NCBI GenBank assembly: GCA_964576115.1
Contig: CAZNUA010000025.1
Location: forward strand, 1 to 49,503
DNA: 49,503 bases
From: an uncultured Gemmatimonadota bacterium
GTDB taxonomy: Bacteria > Blakebacterota > Blakebacteria > Blakebacterales > Blakebacteraceae
Direction: 5' to 3'
Below, one piece after another: positions 29,388-40,135 of this stretch. The notes under the pieces are model-generated. The model had not been told where the DNA came from, made no database searches, and worked only from the letters and a program-made list of their open reading frames with translations. The translations under genes were made by a program, and so were the position numbers. How positions within the stretch are numbered: position 1 is the first letter of the stretch; every line of letters starts with the position of its first letter.

Positions 29388-31196
29388 ATGAGCGATTCAA
29401 CGGCAGCATCCATCACGGCGATCTGCGACGAATTCGAGAACGATCGCACCCGCATGATCGACATCGTGCGCGCCGTACAGGCCCGGACCGGCGGAGTCGA
29501 CAGCGAAGCGATGACCACCATTGCTGAGAAGACCGGCGCCCGGCGGGTCGAGGTGGAAAGCGTGGTGACCTTCTACTCTTTCCTTTCGGAAGAGCCGAAG
29601 GGTAAAACCGTCATCTGGCTGTGCGACGACATCATCGACCGGATGCACGGATACGACGAGGTTCTGGCCGCCTTCGCCGCCGAACTCGGCATCGGACCGG
29701 GGGACACGACCTCCGACGGCGCCTTCTCGCTCGAACGTACGGCCTGTATCGGTATGTGCGATCAGGCCCCGGCGGCCCTGATCAACGACACGGTGGTGAC
29801 CGAACTGACCGCCGAGAAGGCCCGCGCGATCGTGGCCGAGCTGCGCGAGCACGGCGATCCGACCCGGCTGGTGACCGAGCCGGGGGACGGCAACAACGCC
29901 CACGAGCTGGTACGGGCGATGGTCAGGAACAACATCCGCGAAGCGGGCCCTGTGCTCTTCAGCCCCCTGAACCGGGGTGAGGGTGTCCGCAAGGCGTTGG
30001 GGATGAGCCCGGTCGAGGTCATCCGGACGGTCAAGACAAGCCGTCTGCGCGGCCGCGGCGGGGCCGGTTTCCCGGCCGGTATGAAGTGGGAATTCACCCG
30101 CGGAGCCCAGGGGGACGAGAAATACGTACTCTGCAACGCCGACGAGGGCGAGCCGGGCACCTTCAAGGACCGCGTCTTGCTGACAGAGATGCCAGACCGG
30201 GTCTTCGCCGGCATGACGATCGCCGGATACGCCATCGGCGCCCGGACCGGGATCCTCTATCTGCGCAGCGAATACGCGTATCTGCGGGCTTTCCTCGAGG
30301 ACGTCCTGGAGCAGCGCCGCAGTGACGACCTGCTGGGCGAGAACATCATCGGCTCGGATTTTGACTTCGACATCACCATCCAGATGGGAGCGGGAGCGTA
30401 TATCTGCGGCGAGGAAACAGCCATGATCAGTTCCTGCGAGGGACTGCGCGGCGACCCGAAGACCCGCCCGCCCTTCCCCGCCCAGAAGGGGTACCTCGGC
30501 CGGCCCACGACCGTGAACAACGTCGAAACCCTCTGCTGCGTGACCAAGATCATGGAGGAGGGCCCGGCTACCTTCAGTCATCTGGGTACTGTGCAGAGTT
30601 CGGGCACCAAGCTGTTGAGCGTTTCGGGGGACTGCGAGCGGCCGGGCATCTACGAGGTCGAGCTCGGCCTCAGCGTCCACGAACTGCTCGAGAAAGTCGG
30701 CGCCACCGACGCCATCGCGGTTCAGGTTGGCGGGGCCTCAGGGACCATGATCGGTCCCGATCAATACGAACGGTGCATCTGCTTCGACGATCTGGCCACC
30801 GGCGGCTCGATCATGGTCTTCGGCCCGGGCCGGAACATCCTCGAAGTGGCTCACGCCTTCATGGAGTTCTTCGAGGAGGAAAGCTGCGGTTACTGCACCC
30901 CCTGCCGGGTCGGCAACGTGCTGCTCAAGACCTACCTGGAGCGTATCCTGGCCGGCCGCGGCGAACCGGGCGATCTGGAAACCATGGAGCGGATCTCGAA
31001 GACGATGGTGACCACGAGCCGCTGCGGTCTGGGGCAGACGGCCTCGAACCCCGTCATGACGACCCTGAAGAACTTCCGACCGGTCTACGAGGCCCTGGTC
31101 ACCGACGATCCCGACGGCCTCCGGCGCGCCTTCGATCTGAAGCAGGCCGTCGCCGCTTCGGAGGATCTCACGGGCCGCGAATCCATTCACGCCTAG
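29388..31196 (+). CDS. hoxF: NAD-reducing hydrogenase diaphorase large subunit (NuoE-like domain fused to NuoF-like domain)
   Basis: VTFYSF, LRGRGGAGFPAG.KW, CNADEGEPGTFKDR, GAGAYICGEETA, ESCGYCTPCR..CGLG. Confidence 0.93.
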   Translation: MSDSTAASITAICDEFENDRTRMIDIVRAVQARTGGVDSEAMTTIAEKTGARRVEVESVVTFYSFLSEEPKGKTVIWLCDDIIDRMHGYDEVLAAFAAELGIGPGDTTSDGAFSLERTACIGMCDQAPAALINDTVVTELTAEKARAIVAELREHGDPTRLVTEPGDGNNAHELVRAMVRNNIREAGPVLFSPLNRGEGVRKALGMSPVEVIRTVKTSRLRGRGGAGFPAGMKWEFTRGAQGDEKYVLCNADEGEPGTFKDRVLLTEMPDRVFAGMTIAGYAIGARTGILYLRSEYAYLRAFLEDVLEQRRSDDLLGENIIGSDFDFDITIQMGAGAYICGEETAMISSCEGLRGDPKTRPPFPAQKGYLGRPTTVNNVETLCCVTKIMEEGPATFSHLGTVQSSGTKLLSVSGDCERPGIYEVELGLSVHELLEKVGATDAIAVQVGGASGTMIGPDQYERCICFDDLATGGSIMVFGPGRNILEVAHAFMEFFEEESCGYCTPCRVGNVLLKTYLERILAGRGEPGDLETMERISKTMVTTSRCGLGQTASNPVMTTLKNFRPVYEALVTDDPDGLRRAFDLKQAVAASEDLTGRESIHA

Positions 31197-31212
31197 CAGC
31201 TGAGGACGAACC

Positions 31213-31932
31213 ATGGGGAAGAAGTACACCTTCACGATCGACGGGGTTTCGGTCGAGGCCGAGGCGGGACAGAGCATCATCGAAGCGGCCGATGCGGCCG
31301 GCGTCTATATCCCCCGCCTCTGTCACCGGCCCGGCCTGCAGGCGTTCGGCAGCTGCCGGATCTGCACCGTGCTGGTCAACGGCCGACCGGTGGCCGCCTG
31401 CACCGAACCGGCCGTCGAGGGAATGATCGTCCAGAACGATGTCGAGACGCTCCGGGAGTTCCGCCGGACTCTGATCGAGATGCTTTTCGTCGAGGGCAAT
31501 CATTTCTGCATGTTCTGCGAGAAAAGCGGAAACTGCGAGCTGCAGGCTCTGGCCTACCGGTTCGGCATCACCGCCCCCACCCTGCCCTACGCCAATCCGA
31601 AGCGCGAGATCGACGCCTCGCATCCCGACATCTTCGTCGACCGCAACCGGTGCATCCTCTGTGCCCGGTGCGTACGCGCCTCGCGCGATCTGGACGGCAA
31701 GGCGGTCTTCGACTTCGTCGGCCGCGGTCCGGACAAGACAATCGCCGTGAACGCCGAAGCCCGACTCGCCGATACCGACATCGACATCACCGATGAAGCC
31801 CTGAACGTCTGTCCCGTCGGCGCCCTGATGCGCAAGCGGGTCGGCTACGCCGTTCCGATCGGCCAGCGTCTGTACGATCACGAGCCGATCGGATCCGAGA
31901 TCGAAGCCCGGCGTTCGGGTGCCGAGGAATAA
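31213..31932 (+). CDS. hoxU: NAD-reducing hydrogenase diaphorase small subunit
   Basis: [2Fe-2S] motif IPRLC..GSCRIC..AAC, HFCMFCEKSGNCELQ, RCILCARC..CPVGAL. Confidence 0.93.
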   Translation: MGKKYTFTIDGVSVEAEAGQSIIEAADAAGVYIPRLCHRPGLQAFGSCRICTVLVNGRPVAACTEPAVEGMIVQNDVETLREFRRTLIEMLFVEGNHFCMFCEKSGNCELQALAYRFGITAPTLPYANPKREIDASHPDIFVDRNRCILCARCVRASRDLDGKAVFDFVGRGPDKTIAVNAEARLADTDIDITDEALNVCPVGALMRKRVGYAVPIGQRLYDHEPIGSEIEARRSGAEE

Positions 31933-31943
31933 GGAGGCCGGCC

Positions 31944-32489
31944 ATGAGCAAGCCCAAAGTCGCCACGACATCCCTGGCCGGCTGCTTCGGATGCCACATG
32001 TCGCTGCTGGACATCGACGAGCGCATCCTGGAGCTGGTCGAGCTGGTCGATTTCGATAAGTCGCCGATCGACGATATCAAGACCTTCACCGGACGCTGTG
32101 CCATCGGCCTGGTCGAAGGCGGGTGCACACACGAGGAGAACGTCGAGGTGCTGCGCGATTTCCGCCGCCACTGCGACATTCTCATCAGCTTCGGTGACTG
32201 CGCCACCATGGGCGGGATACCGGCTCTGCGGAACAACGTGCCGCTGCAGGAGTGCCTCGAAGAGGCCTACCTCAAGGGGCCCTCGGTCTACAACCCGAGC
32301 GGGAACGTTCCCGACGATCCCGAGGTGCCGCTCATGCTCGACAAGGTCTATCCCTGTCACGAAGTGGTGAAGATCGACTACCACCTGCCCGGCTGTCCGC
32401 CTCCGGCGGATACCCTCTGGCAGGCTCTGGTGGCCCTGCTCGGGGACGAGGACGTCGAGCTGCCGTACGAACTCATCAAGTACGACTGA
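31944..32489 (+). CDS. hoxY: [NiFe]-hydrogenase small subunit (group 3d, single cluster)
   Basis: LAGCFGCHMS, VEG, GDCATMGG, LPGCPP; 181 aa. Confidence 0.93.
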   Translation: MSKPKVATTSLAGCFGCHMSLLDIDERILELVELVDFDKSPIDDIKTFTGRCAIGLVEGGCTHEENVEVLRDFRRHCDILISFGDCATMGGIPALRNNVPLQECLEEAYLKGPSVYNPSGNVPDDPEVPLMLDKVYPCHEVVKIDYHLPGCPPPADTLWQALVALLGDEDVELPYELIKYD

Positions 32490-32503
32490 TCGGGAGAAGA
32501 ACA

Positions 32504-33946
32504 GTGGCTGAGACACAGCTGAAAAGAATCGCCATCGATCCCGTCACGCGGGTCGAGGGGCACGGGAAGGTCACGCTCCTTCTGGACGACGACAACCAGG
32601 TCCAGCAGGCCCGCCTGCATATCGTCGAGTTCCGCGGCTTCGAGCGGTTCATCCAGGGTCGCCTCTTCTGGGAACTGCCGGTAGCGGTACAGCGTCTGTG
32701 CGGGATCTGCCCGGTGAGCCACCACCTGTGCGCCGCCAAGGCGACCGATCGGCTCGTCGGGGGGGAGAACCTGACCCCGGTGGCCGAGAAGATGCGCCGG
32801 CTGATGCACTACGGACAGTTCTACCAGTCCCACTCGCTGCACTTCTTCCACCTCTGCAGCCCCGATCTGCTCTTCGGCTTCGACGCCGACCCGGCCATCC
32901 GCAACGTGGTGGGCGTGGCCATGAAGCACCCCGAACTGGCCCGACAGGCGGTCCTGATGCGCAAGTACGGTCAGGAGATCATCAAGGCCACGGCCGGCAA
33001 GAAGATCCACGGCACCGGGGCGATCCCCGGCGGGATCAACAAGAACCTCTCGATCGAGGAGCGGGACGTCCTGCTGGCCGAGATCGACCAGCAGCTCGAG
33101 TGGGCCCAGGGAGCGGTGAAGATCACCCGCGATTACACTCTCGAGAACCTCGAGATGGTCTCCACCTTCGGTTCCTTCGATTCCAACCACCTCTCGATCG
33201 TGCGCGAGGACGGGGCGCTGGAGATTTACGATGGCGGTCTGCGCGCCATCGATTCCGAAGGGGAGACGATCTTCGACCACGTCGACAACCAGCTCTACCT
33301 CGACTACATCGCCGAGGAAGTGCGGGGCTGGTCCTACATGAAATTCCCCTTCATCAAGGCCATCGGCCCCGAAGAGGGCTGGTACAGGGTCGGCCCCCTG
33401 GCGCGGATCAACACCTGCGACTTCATTGACACCCCCCTGGCCGAAGCCGCCCGGCAGGAATTCGCCGCCCTGACCGACGGCAAACCCAACAACATCACCC
33501 TGGCCTATCACTGGGCCCGGATGATCGAGGTGCTCTGGTCGGGGGAGAAGATCCGGGAACTGCTCAACGATCCCGACCTGCAGGGTACCGATCTGACCGT
33601 CAAGGGCGAGCCGCGCCGCGAGGCGGTCGCCATCCTCGAGGCCCCGCGCGGAACGCTGTTCCATCACTACCGGATCGACGAGAACGACCAGGTCTCGATG
33701 GCCAACCTGATCGTTTCGACCACCAACAACAACGAGCCGATGAACCGGGCCGTACAGCGGGTCGCCGCCGACTACATCTCCGGTGAGCCGGAGATCACCG
33801 AGGGCATGTTGAACCGCATCGAGGTCGCGATCAGGGCGTACGATCCCTGCCTGAGCTGCGCCACCCACGCTCTGGGGCAGATGCCGCTGATCGTCGATCT
33901 CGTGGACTCCGACGGTGAGCTCGTCGACCGCCGGATCAAGGAGTAA
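32504..33946 (+). CDS. hoxH: [NiFe]-hydrogenase large subunit (group 3d)
   Basis: TRVEGHG, L1 motif QRLCGICPVSH, L2 motif YDPCLSCATH plus a cleavable C-terminal extension; GTG start 32504. Confidence 0.95.
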   Translation: MAETQLKRIAIDPVTRVEGHGKVTLLLDDDNQVQQARLHIVEFRGFERFIQGRLFWELPVAVQRLCGICPVSHHLCAAKATDRLVGGENLTPVAEKMRRLMHYGQFYQSHSLHFFHLCSPDLLFGFDADPAIRNVVGVAMKHPELARQAVLMRKYGQEIIKATAGKKIHGTGAIPGGINKNLSIEERDVLLAEIDQQLEWAQGAVKITRDYTLENLEMVSTFGSFDSNHLSIVREDGALEIYDGGLRAIDSEGETIFDHVDNQLYLDYIAEEVRGWSYMKFPFIKAIGPEEGWYRVGPLARINTCDFIDTPLAEAARQEFAALTDGKPNNITLAYHWARMIEVLWSGEKIRELLNDPDLQGTDLTVKGEPRREAVAILEAPRGTLFHHYRIDENDQVSMANLIVSTTNNNEPMNRAVQRVAADYISGEPEITEGMLNRIEVAIRAYDPCLSCATHALGQMPLIVDLVDSDGELVDRRIKE

Positions 33947-33955
33947 CCGGACGTC

Positions 33956-34465
33956 GTGACCCGGCCGGACACGAACCAGGTACTGCTGATCGGCTACGGG
34001 AATCCAGCCCGTCGCGACGACGGACTGGGCCCGGCCCTGGCCGAAGCGGTCTCGGCCATGCAGCTGGAGGGCGTCACCGTCGACGCCGATTACCAGCTGC
34101 ATGTCGAGAACGCGGCCGAGGCGGCCCCCTATGAGGTGGTCGTGTTCGCCGATGCGCACACATCATGCACCGAGCCGTTTGTCTTCGAACGTCTCGAGCC
34201 GAAAGCCGAGGTCAGTTTCACGAGTCATTCGGTCTCGCCGCAGGCGGTCCTCGGTATGGCACACGAGCTTTTTTCTAGCCGGGTGCGGGGCTATCTTCTC
34301 GGAATCAGGGGACACGCCTTCGAAGGCTTCGGCGAAGAGCTTTCACCTCGGGCCCGGACGAATCTGGCCGCGGCGACAGAGTATCTGGAAACGGTTCTCC
34401 GGAACCGGAGTTTCGACGACGCGATCACAGGCACTGACACCGGCTCCGCTCTGAAGCGGACCTAA
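33956..34465 (+). CDS. hoxW: Hydrogenase maturation protease
   Basis: LIGYGNPARRDDGLG, VVFADA, SH..SP; directly after hoxH. Confidence 0.88.
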   Translation: MTRPDTNQVLLIGYGNPARRDDGLGPALAEAVSAMQLEGVTVDADYQLHVENAAEAAPYEVVVFADAHTSCTEPFVFERLEPKAEVSFTSHSVSPQAVLGMAHELFSSRVRGYLLGIRGHAFEGFGEELSPRARTNLAAATEYLETVLRNRSFDDAITGTDTGSALKRT

Positions 34466-34485
34466 ACCGAAAACGGCAGAGGGCA

Positions 34486-34854
34486 ATGAGCAAGACGATT
34501 CTCTACATCGACGACGATCAGGACTACCTGGACGCGGTGCGAGCCATTATCGAATCGGGGGGCTACGAGATGGTTGAAGCCCTGACCGCCGAAGAGGGTC
34601 TGAAAGTCTACCAGGAAACCCAGCCCGACTTCGTGATCGTCGACCTCATGATGGAAGAGGTCGATGCCGGAGCGCACATGATCAAGGAACTCCAGGCGAT
34701 CGGGAACGAGGTGCCGGTCTACATGCTCTCATCGGTCGGCCAGCACCTGACCCAGACCACCGATTACGTCGGCCTCGGCCTGGCGGGCGTGTTCCAGAAA
34801 CCGATCGACGCCGATCACCTGCTGGCCGTGCTGAAAGAGAAACTGGGCGAGTAA
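34486..34854 (+). CDS. Single-domain response regulator (receiver only)
   Basis: IDDD, phospho-acceptor VDLMME, LSS, QKP. Confidence 0.88.
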   Translation: MSKTILYIDDDQDYLDAVRAIIESGGYEMVEALTAEEGLKVYQETQPDFVIVDLMMEEVDAGAHMIKELQAIGNEVPVYMLSSVGQHLTQTTDYVGLGLAGVFQKPIDADHLLAVLKEKLGE

Positions 34855-34914
34855 ACCGGATTGAACCGGGGGGATCCGGGACCGGGCTCGCAACCGCTCG
34901 CCGGCACCCTGCCG

Positions 34915-34958
34915 CGGCTCTCCTCCGTCCCCGGGGCGGAGGTGGAGCCGTTTTTTTT
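34915..34958 (+). terminator. Intrinsic terminator of the hox operon
   Basis: GC-rich hairpin CGGCTC-TCCTCCG..CGGAGG-TGGAGCCG followed by a T8 run. Confidence 0.85.
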
Positions 34959-34965
34959 ATACGGA

Positions 34966-36324
34966 TCAGCGAAGGTCCGAACGCGCGGTCAGCCGCCATG
35001 TCGTGCGCCCGGTTTCGGCAACAGTGCTTCCCGTCCCGGGATCGGCTCCGGCCTCGATCCGGACGATACCGATGCCGGGAGCGAACCAGATGGTGAGGGC
35101 CTCGACTGCAGCCCCGGGCACCGGCTCGTGCCGCAGCTCGAAACAGTCGACCAGGCCCAGGTCGGGCACCTTCAGATTCACCCTTCCGAGAACGGCGATC
35201 CGATCCCGGCGCGCTCCGGGTTGAGGTCCGGTTCGCGAGGGAGAAGTATCGGCCGCCAGCCACTTTCGACCGGCTTTGAGTTCCCAGGGCAGGACCAGAA
35301 GGGGCGGCTTGTACGCGACTTCATCGAGAGCGTCGGTGCCGCCGGCGTGGAGCGAGACGGTCAGCACCAATCCCGTCTCGCGGGCGGCGAGTTGGATGCC
35401 GACCGGAAGCGGGTCGGCCCCTGTTCCGGCCGGACTCTGACGGATGAGGGTGTAACCGGAACCATCACCTGATCCCGCCGTCGGCCCCACCTGCCAGATC
35501 TCGTCCCAGCGCCGCTCGATTCCTTCCCCCCGCACCACCTCGACTGCATATTCCCAGAATCCCTCTTCGGTCAGGGGCAGCATCACCTCGCGCAGCTGCT
35601 GCCGGGCCAGGCCGAATCCGGGATCGACATCGAGCGCCCGGCAAAATTGTGCCCAGGCTCCGGCGTAATCGTGCCGGGCCTGCAGCAGAAGCGCCTCGGA
35701 GTAGCGCCGGTAGGCCGTCAGCGATCTCGTCATGCGCCGCTCTTCCGGTACGGCCAGCGACTTGACCGCGTTCGACTTGAGCCCGTCGACGAGAGAACCG
35801 GTGATGGAATCCTGCAGCTCGAAGATATTCTCCATGGCTCCGGTCATCTTGGTGCTGCGGATCACATTGCCCGATTCGGTCGCGACGAACCGGGCCGTGA
35901 GACGCACCAACTCCCCCGCCCGCTGGAAAGCGCCGACAATGAGATGGCGGGCTCCCAGCAGCTTGCCGATCTGTACCATGGCGTCCTCGTCGACCGCCCC
36001 CGTCAACTGCAGCGCCTGCTCCTCCATGATGCGCCACAACTGCAGCCGTTCCACGATCACGAAGCGGTCCAGAGCGATCAGATCGGCAGTGATGGTCTCG
36101 GGTATCCCCACGCAGAGCCAGTCAAGCGCGGCGTCGCCGGTGGCGTTGGTGAAAGGCATGACTGCGACTGTGTCCGGCCCGGCGGGAAAATAGACCTCAT
36201 GTAATGGTTGATCAATTATTGATATGTTATTGTTATAAATAATTATATGTGCCTCAGACCGGGCCGGTATACCGACGGCAAGCAGGAGCAGCAGCGTTCC
36301 CACCCTGGTCAGAAAACGGGGCAT
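34966..36324 (-). CDS. Exported protein with CsgG/TolB-N/FlgO-like domain, TPR, and beta-rich C-terminal domain
   Basis: Signal peptide, then VAVMPFTN..LDWL..GIPETIT..VERLQL..IGKLLGA..VGAFQ..VRLTARFV; TPR (ALDVDPGF..A); C-terminal WFAPGIGIVR. Confidence 0.7.
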   Translation of the reverse strand: MPRFLTRVGTLLLLLAVGIPARSEAHIIIYNNNISIIDQPLHEVYFPAGPDTVAVMPFTNATGDAALDWLCVGIPETITADLIALDRFVIVERLQLWRIMEEQALQLTGAVDEDAMVQIGKLLGARHLIVGAFQRAGELVRLTARFVATESGNVIRSTKMTGAMENIFELQDSITGSLVDGLKSNAVKSLAVPEERRMTRSLTAYRRYSEALLLQARHDYAGAWAQFCRALDVDPGFGLARQQLREVMLPLTEEGFWEYAVEVVRGEGIERRWDEIWQVGPTAGSGDGSGYTLIRQSPAGTGADPLPVGIQLAARETGLVLTVSLHAGGTDALDEVAYKPPLLVLPWELKAGRKWLAADTSPSRTGPQPGARRDRIAVLGRVNLKVPDLGLVDCFELRHEPVPGAAVEALTIWFAPGIGIVRIEAGADPGTGSTVAETGRTTWRLTARSDLR

Positions 36325-36335
36325 CGCAGCGTATC

Positions 36336-37742
36336 TCAATCCCGGCACTCTGCTGCCGGCAGAATGATGTAAAAGGTACTCCCCTCCCGCGGCCGACTCC
36401 GTACTCCGACCGAACCACCGAACGACTCCACCACCCGGCGGACAATCGAGAGCCCCAGGCCGGTACCGGCGATCTTCTTCATGGCGGGGTCCTTCCCCGT
36501 GATCCGGACGAACTCGCCGAAGAGTTTCTTCTGGTCTTCGAGAGCGATCCCGATCCCGGTATCGCTCACCTCCACCACTACCAGGTTCTGCCGCTGCCGT
36601 ACCTTGACGGCGATTCTTCCCCCCTCGGGGGTGTACTTGATGGCATTGGTGATGTAGTTGCGCACCGCTTCGTGCAGCAGGCGGTTGATACCCTGCACCG
36701 GCGGTATCCCTTCATGGACCTGAATCGTCAGGGTCTGGTTCTTCGCTTCCGCTTCATCGCTGTACATCTCGACCAGATCGGTGGCGATCTGCGCCAGATC
36801 GGCGGCTTCGGTTTCCGCGTTCAGATCGCCCGATTCAAGTCCGGAAAGAACCTGCAGATCCTGCAGGAACTGATTCATGTTCTGCAGCCGTTCCCGGGCC
36901 CGGTTCACCTTGAGGGCCACCTGTTCGGGCAGCTGCCCCAGGCGGCCCGAACTCATATTGTCGAGGAACATCGAGAGAACTCCCAGGGGCGACTGCAGGT
37001 TGTGCAGGGCGATATAGAGAAAATCCTTGCGCATGTTGGAGGTCCGCTGCAGTTCCACCCGGGCCACCCGCAGCTCGATCTCGGCTTCCTGCAGCACGGC
37101 CGCGAGCCGTATCAGCAGGGCGGCCGAGAGACCGAAGAGAACCCCGTAGACGGCCATGACCAGGATGACGTATTCCGCGGTCAGGTGGTGAACCGGGAGC
37201 AGCGCCCCGAAACCGGCCCGGGCGGTGATGAAGCCGAGCCACTCGCCGAGGACGAGGATGGCAAGGAAGAAATAGGCCAGTCCGGCGCTGAACCAGGCGC
37301 CGAAGCGGGATAGCGTGATACAGCTGAGTATGAGATGAAACAGGTAAAAGGGCAGGAAGATCGACCGGGCTCCTCCCATGACCCAGATGGTCACGGTCAG
37401 AGCCACGTAATCGAGAACGATCGAGATGAACTGGATGGTCTGCAGATACTCCCGGGCCGCCGCCGAACGCCGGGTGTCGCGGTAATCCCGGACCAGATAG
37501 TAGATGACCGTATTGTACAGGGCGATAACGACGGCCACCGGAATGAGAACGGCGGTGTCGATGTCGGCGATGCCGACGACATATCGCAGGAACAGACTTC
37601 CGAAGAGGATGAGCCCGGCCGTTCCCCACCGCACGTACGTAAAGCGGAACAGCCAGTGACCGCTCATGCTGTGTTTGGTCAGATCGGCTATCCGGTCCTG
37701 GTCGGGGCTAACCATCCCCTCGATGATCGTCTCGTCGGTCAT
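36336..37742 (-). CDS. Membrane sensor histidine kinase
   Basis: About 6 TM helices, H-box ALHNLQSPL, N-box NYITNAIKYT, G1 DTGIGI, G2 GTGLGL. Confidence 0.9.
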   Translation of the reverse strand: MTDETIIEGMVSPDQDRIADLTKHSMSGHWLFRFTYVRWGTAGLILFGSLFLRYVVGIADIDTAVLIPVAVVIALYNTVIYYLVRDYRDTRRSAAAREYLQTIQFISIVLDYVALTVTIWVMGGARSIFLPFYLFHLILSCITLSRFGAWFSAGLAYFFLAILVLGEWLGFITARAGFGALLPVHHLTAEYVILVMAVYGVLFGLSAALLIRLAAVLQEAEIELRVARVELQRTSNMRKDFLYIALHNLQSPLGVLSMFLDNMSSGRLGQLPEQVALKVNRARERLQNMNQFLQDLQVLSGLESGDLNAETEAADLAQIATDLVEMYSDEAEAKNQTLTIQVHEGIPPVQGINRLLHEAVRNYITNAIKYTPEGGRIAVKVRQRQNLVVVEVSDTGIGIALEDQKKLFGEFVRITGKDPAMKKIAGTGLGLSIVRRVVESFGGSVGVRSRPREGSTFYIILPAAECRD

Positions 37743-37780
37743 TCCGGTCCTTTCTGACCCGTTCCCGCCTTCGTCAGTTT

Positions 37781-37810
37781 CTTATACCTCATTCCCGACC
37801 CCGGAATCAA
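37781..37810 (-). promoter_or_regulatory. Putative sigma-70 promoter of the histidine kinase gene
   Basis: Minus strand TTGATT-18 nt-TATAAG, about 40 nt before ATG 37742. Confidence 0.45.
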
Positions 37811-37863
37811 ATCTGGACGACCCGGGCCTCTCGATACGATCCCGGACTGACGAAACGTCGCAC

Positions 37864-37902
37864 GAAACAGCGCCCCGGGAGCAGAGCTCCCGGGGCGCTG
37901 TT
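37864..37902 (-). terminator. Terminator hairpin after groEL
   Basis: 17-bp perfect stem AACAGCGCCCCGGGAGC-AGA-GCTCCCGGGGCGCTGTT. Confidence 0.8.
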
Positions 37903-37948
37903 CGGCGGGCGATGCGGTCGCCCGCAGATCCTGGTGTCCTCGAGGGTA

Positions 37949-39930
<1,982 letters not shown>

Positions 39931-40050
39931 GCTTCTTCCTCCTTGCCCCCTGCGGGGCATGCCTGTGTTCCACGTGCGGCGGCAACCGGGGTTCCCGCCT
40001 CATCCGCTGTTTGAAGATCGTCATAGCCGCGTCGGGGCGACGCGGCATTG

Positions 40051-40077
40051 TTAGCACTCACTGGGAGCGAGTGCTAA
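40051..40077. promoter_or_regulatory. CIRCE element (HrcA operator)
   Basis: Perfect TTAGCACTC-N9-GAGTGCTAA upstream of groES. Confidence 0.97.
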
Positions 40078-40087
40078 CAGGAGACAA

Positions 40088-40115
40088 AATATACACCCCC
40101 CAGCCGGCAGAGCAA
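40088..40115 (-). promoter_or_regulatory. Putative groESL promoter
   Basis: Minus strand TTGCTC-16 nt-TATATT, 10 nt upstream of CIRCE. Confidence 0.55.
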
Positions 40116-40135
40116 GAGGGAATCGGCGACAATTC

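Noticed and set aside
33838..33870. Selenocysteine in the HoxH L2 motif
   Set aside because: Both ligands are TGC Cys codons (DPCLSC); there is no in-frame TGA.
29397..34159. Long minus-strand ORFs across the hox operon
   Set aside because: Antisense shadows with no recognisable domains.
34414..34446. DAITGT at the HoxW C-terminus as an ApbE flavinylation motif
   Set aside because: It lacks the required GA[ST], and the protein is cytoplasmic.
36228..36255. AT-rich island as a dif (XerCD) site or DGR template repeat
   Set aside because: Only about half of each Xer arm matches E. coli dif; no reverse transcriptase or second repeat copy is visible in the window.
37847..37868. CTGACGA...GAAAC as a hammerhead ribozyme core
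   Set aside because: The intervening AACGTCGCAC cannot form stem II, and the GAAAC belongs to the groEL terminator.
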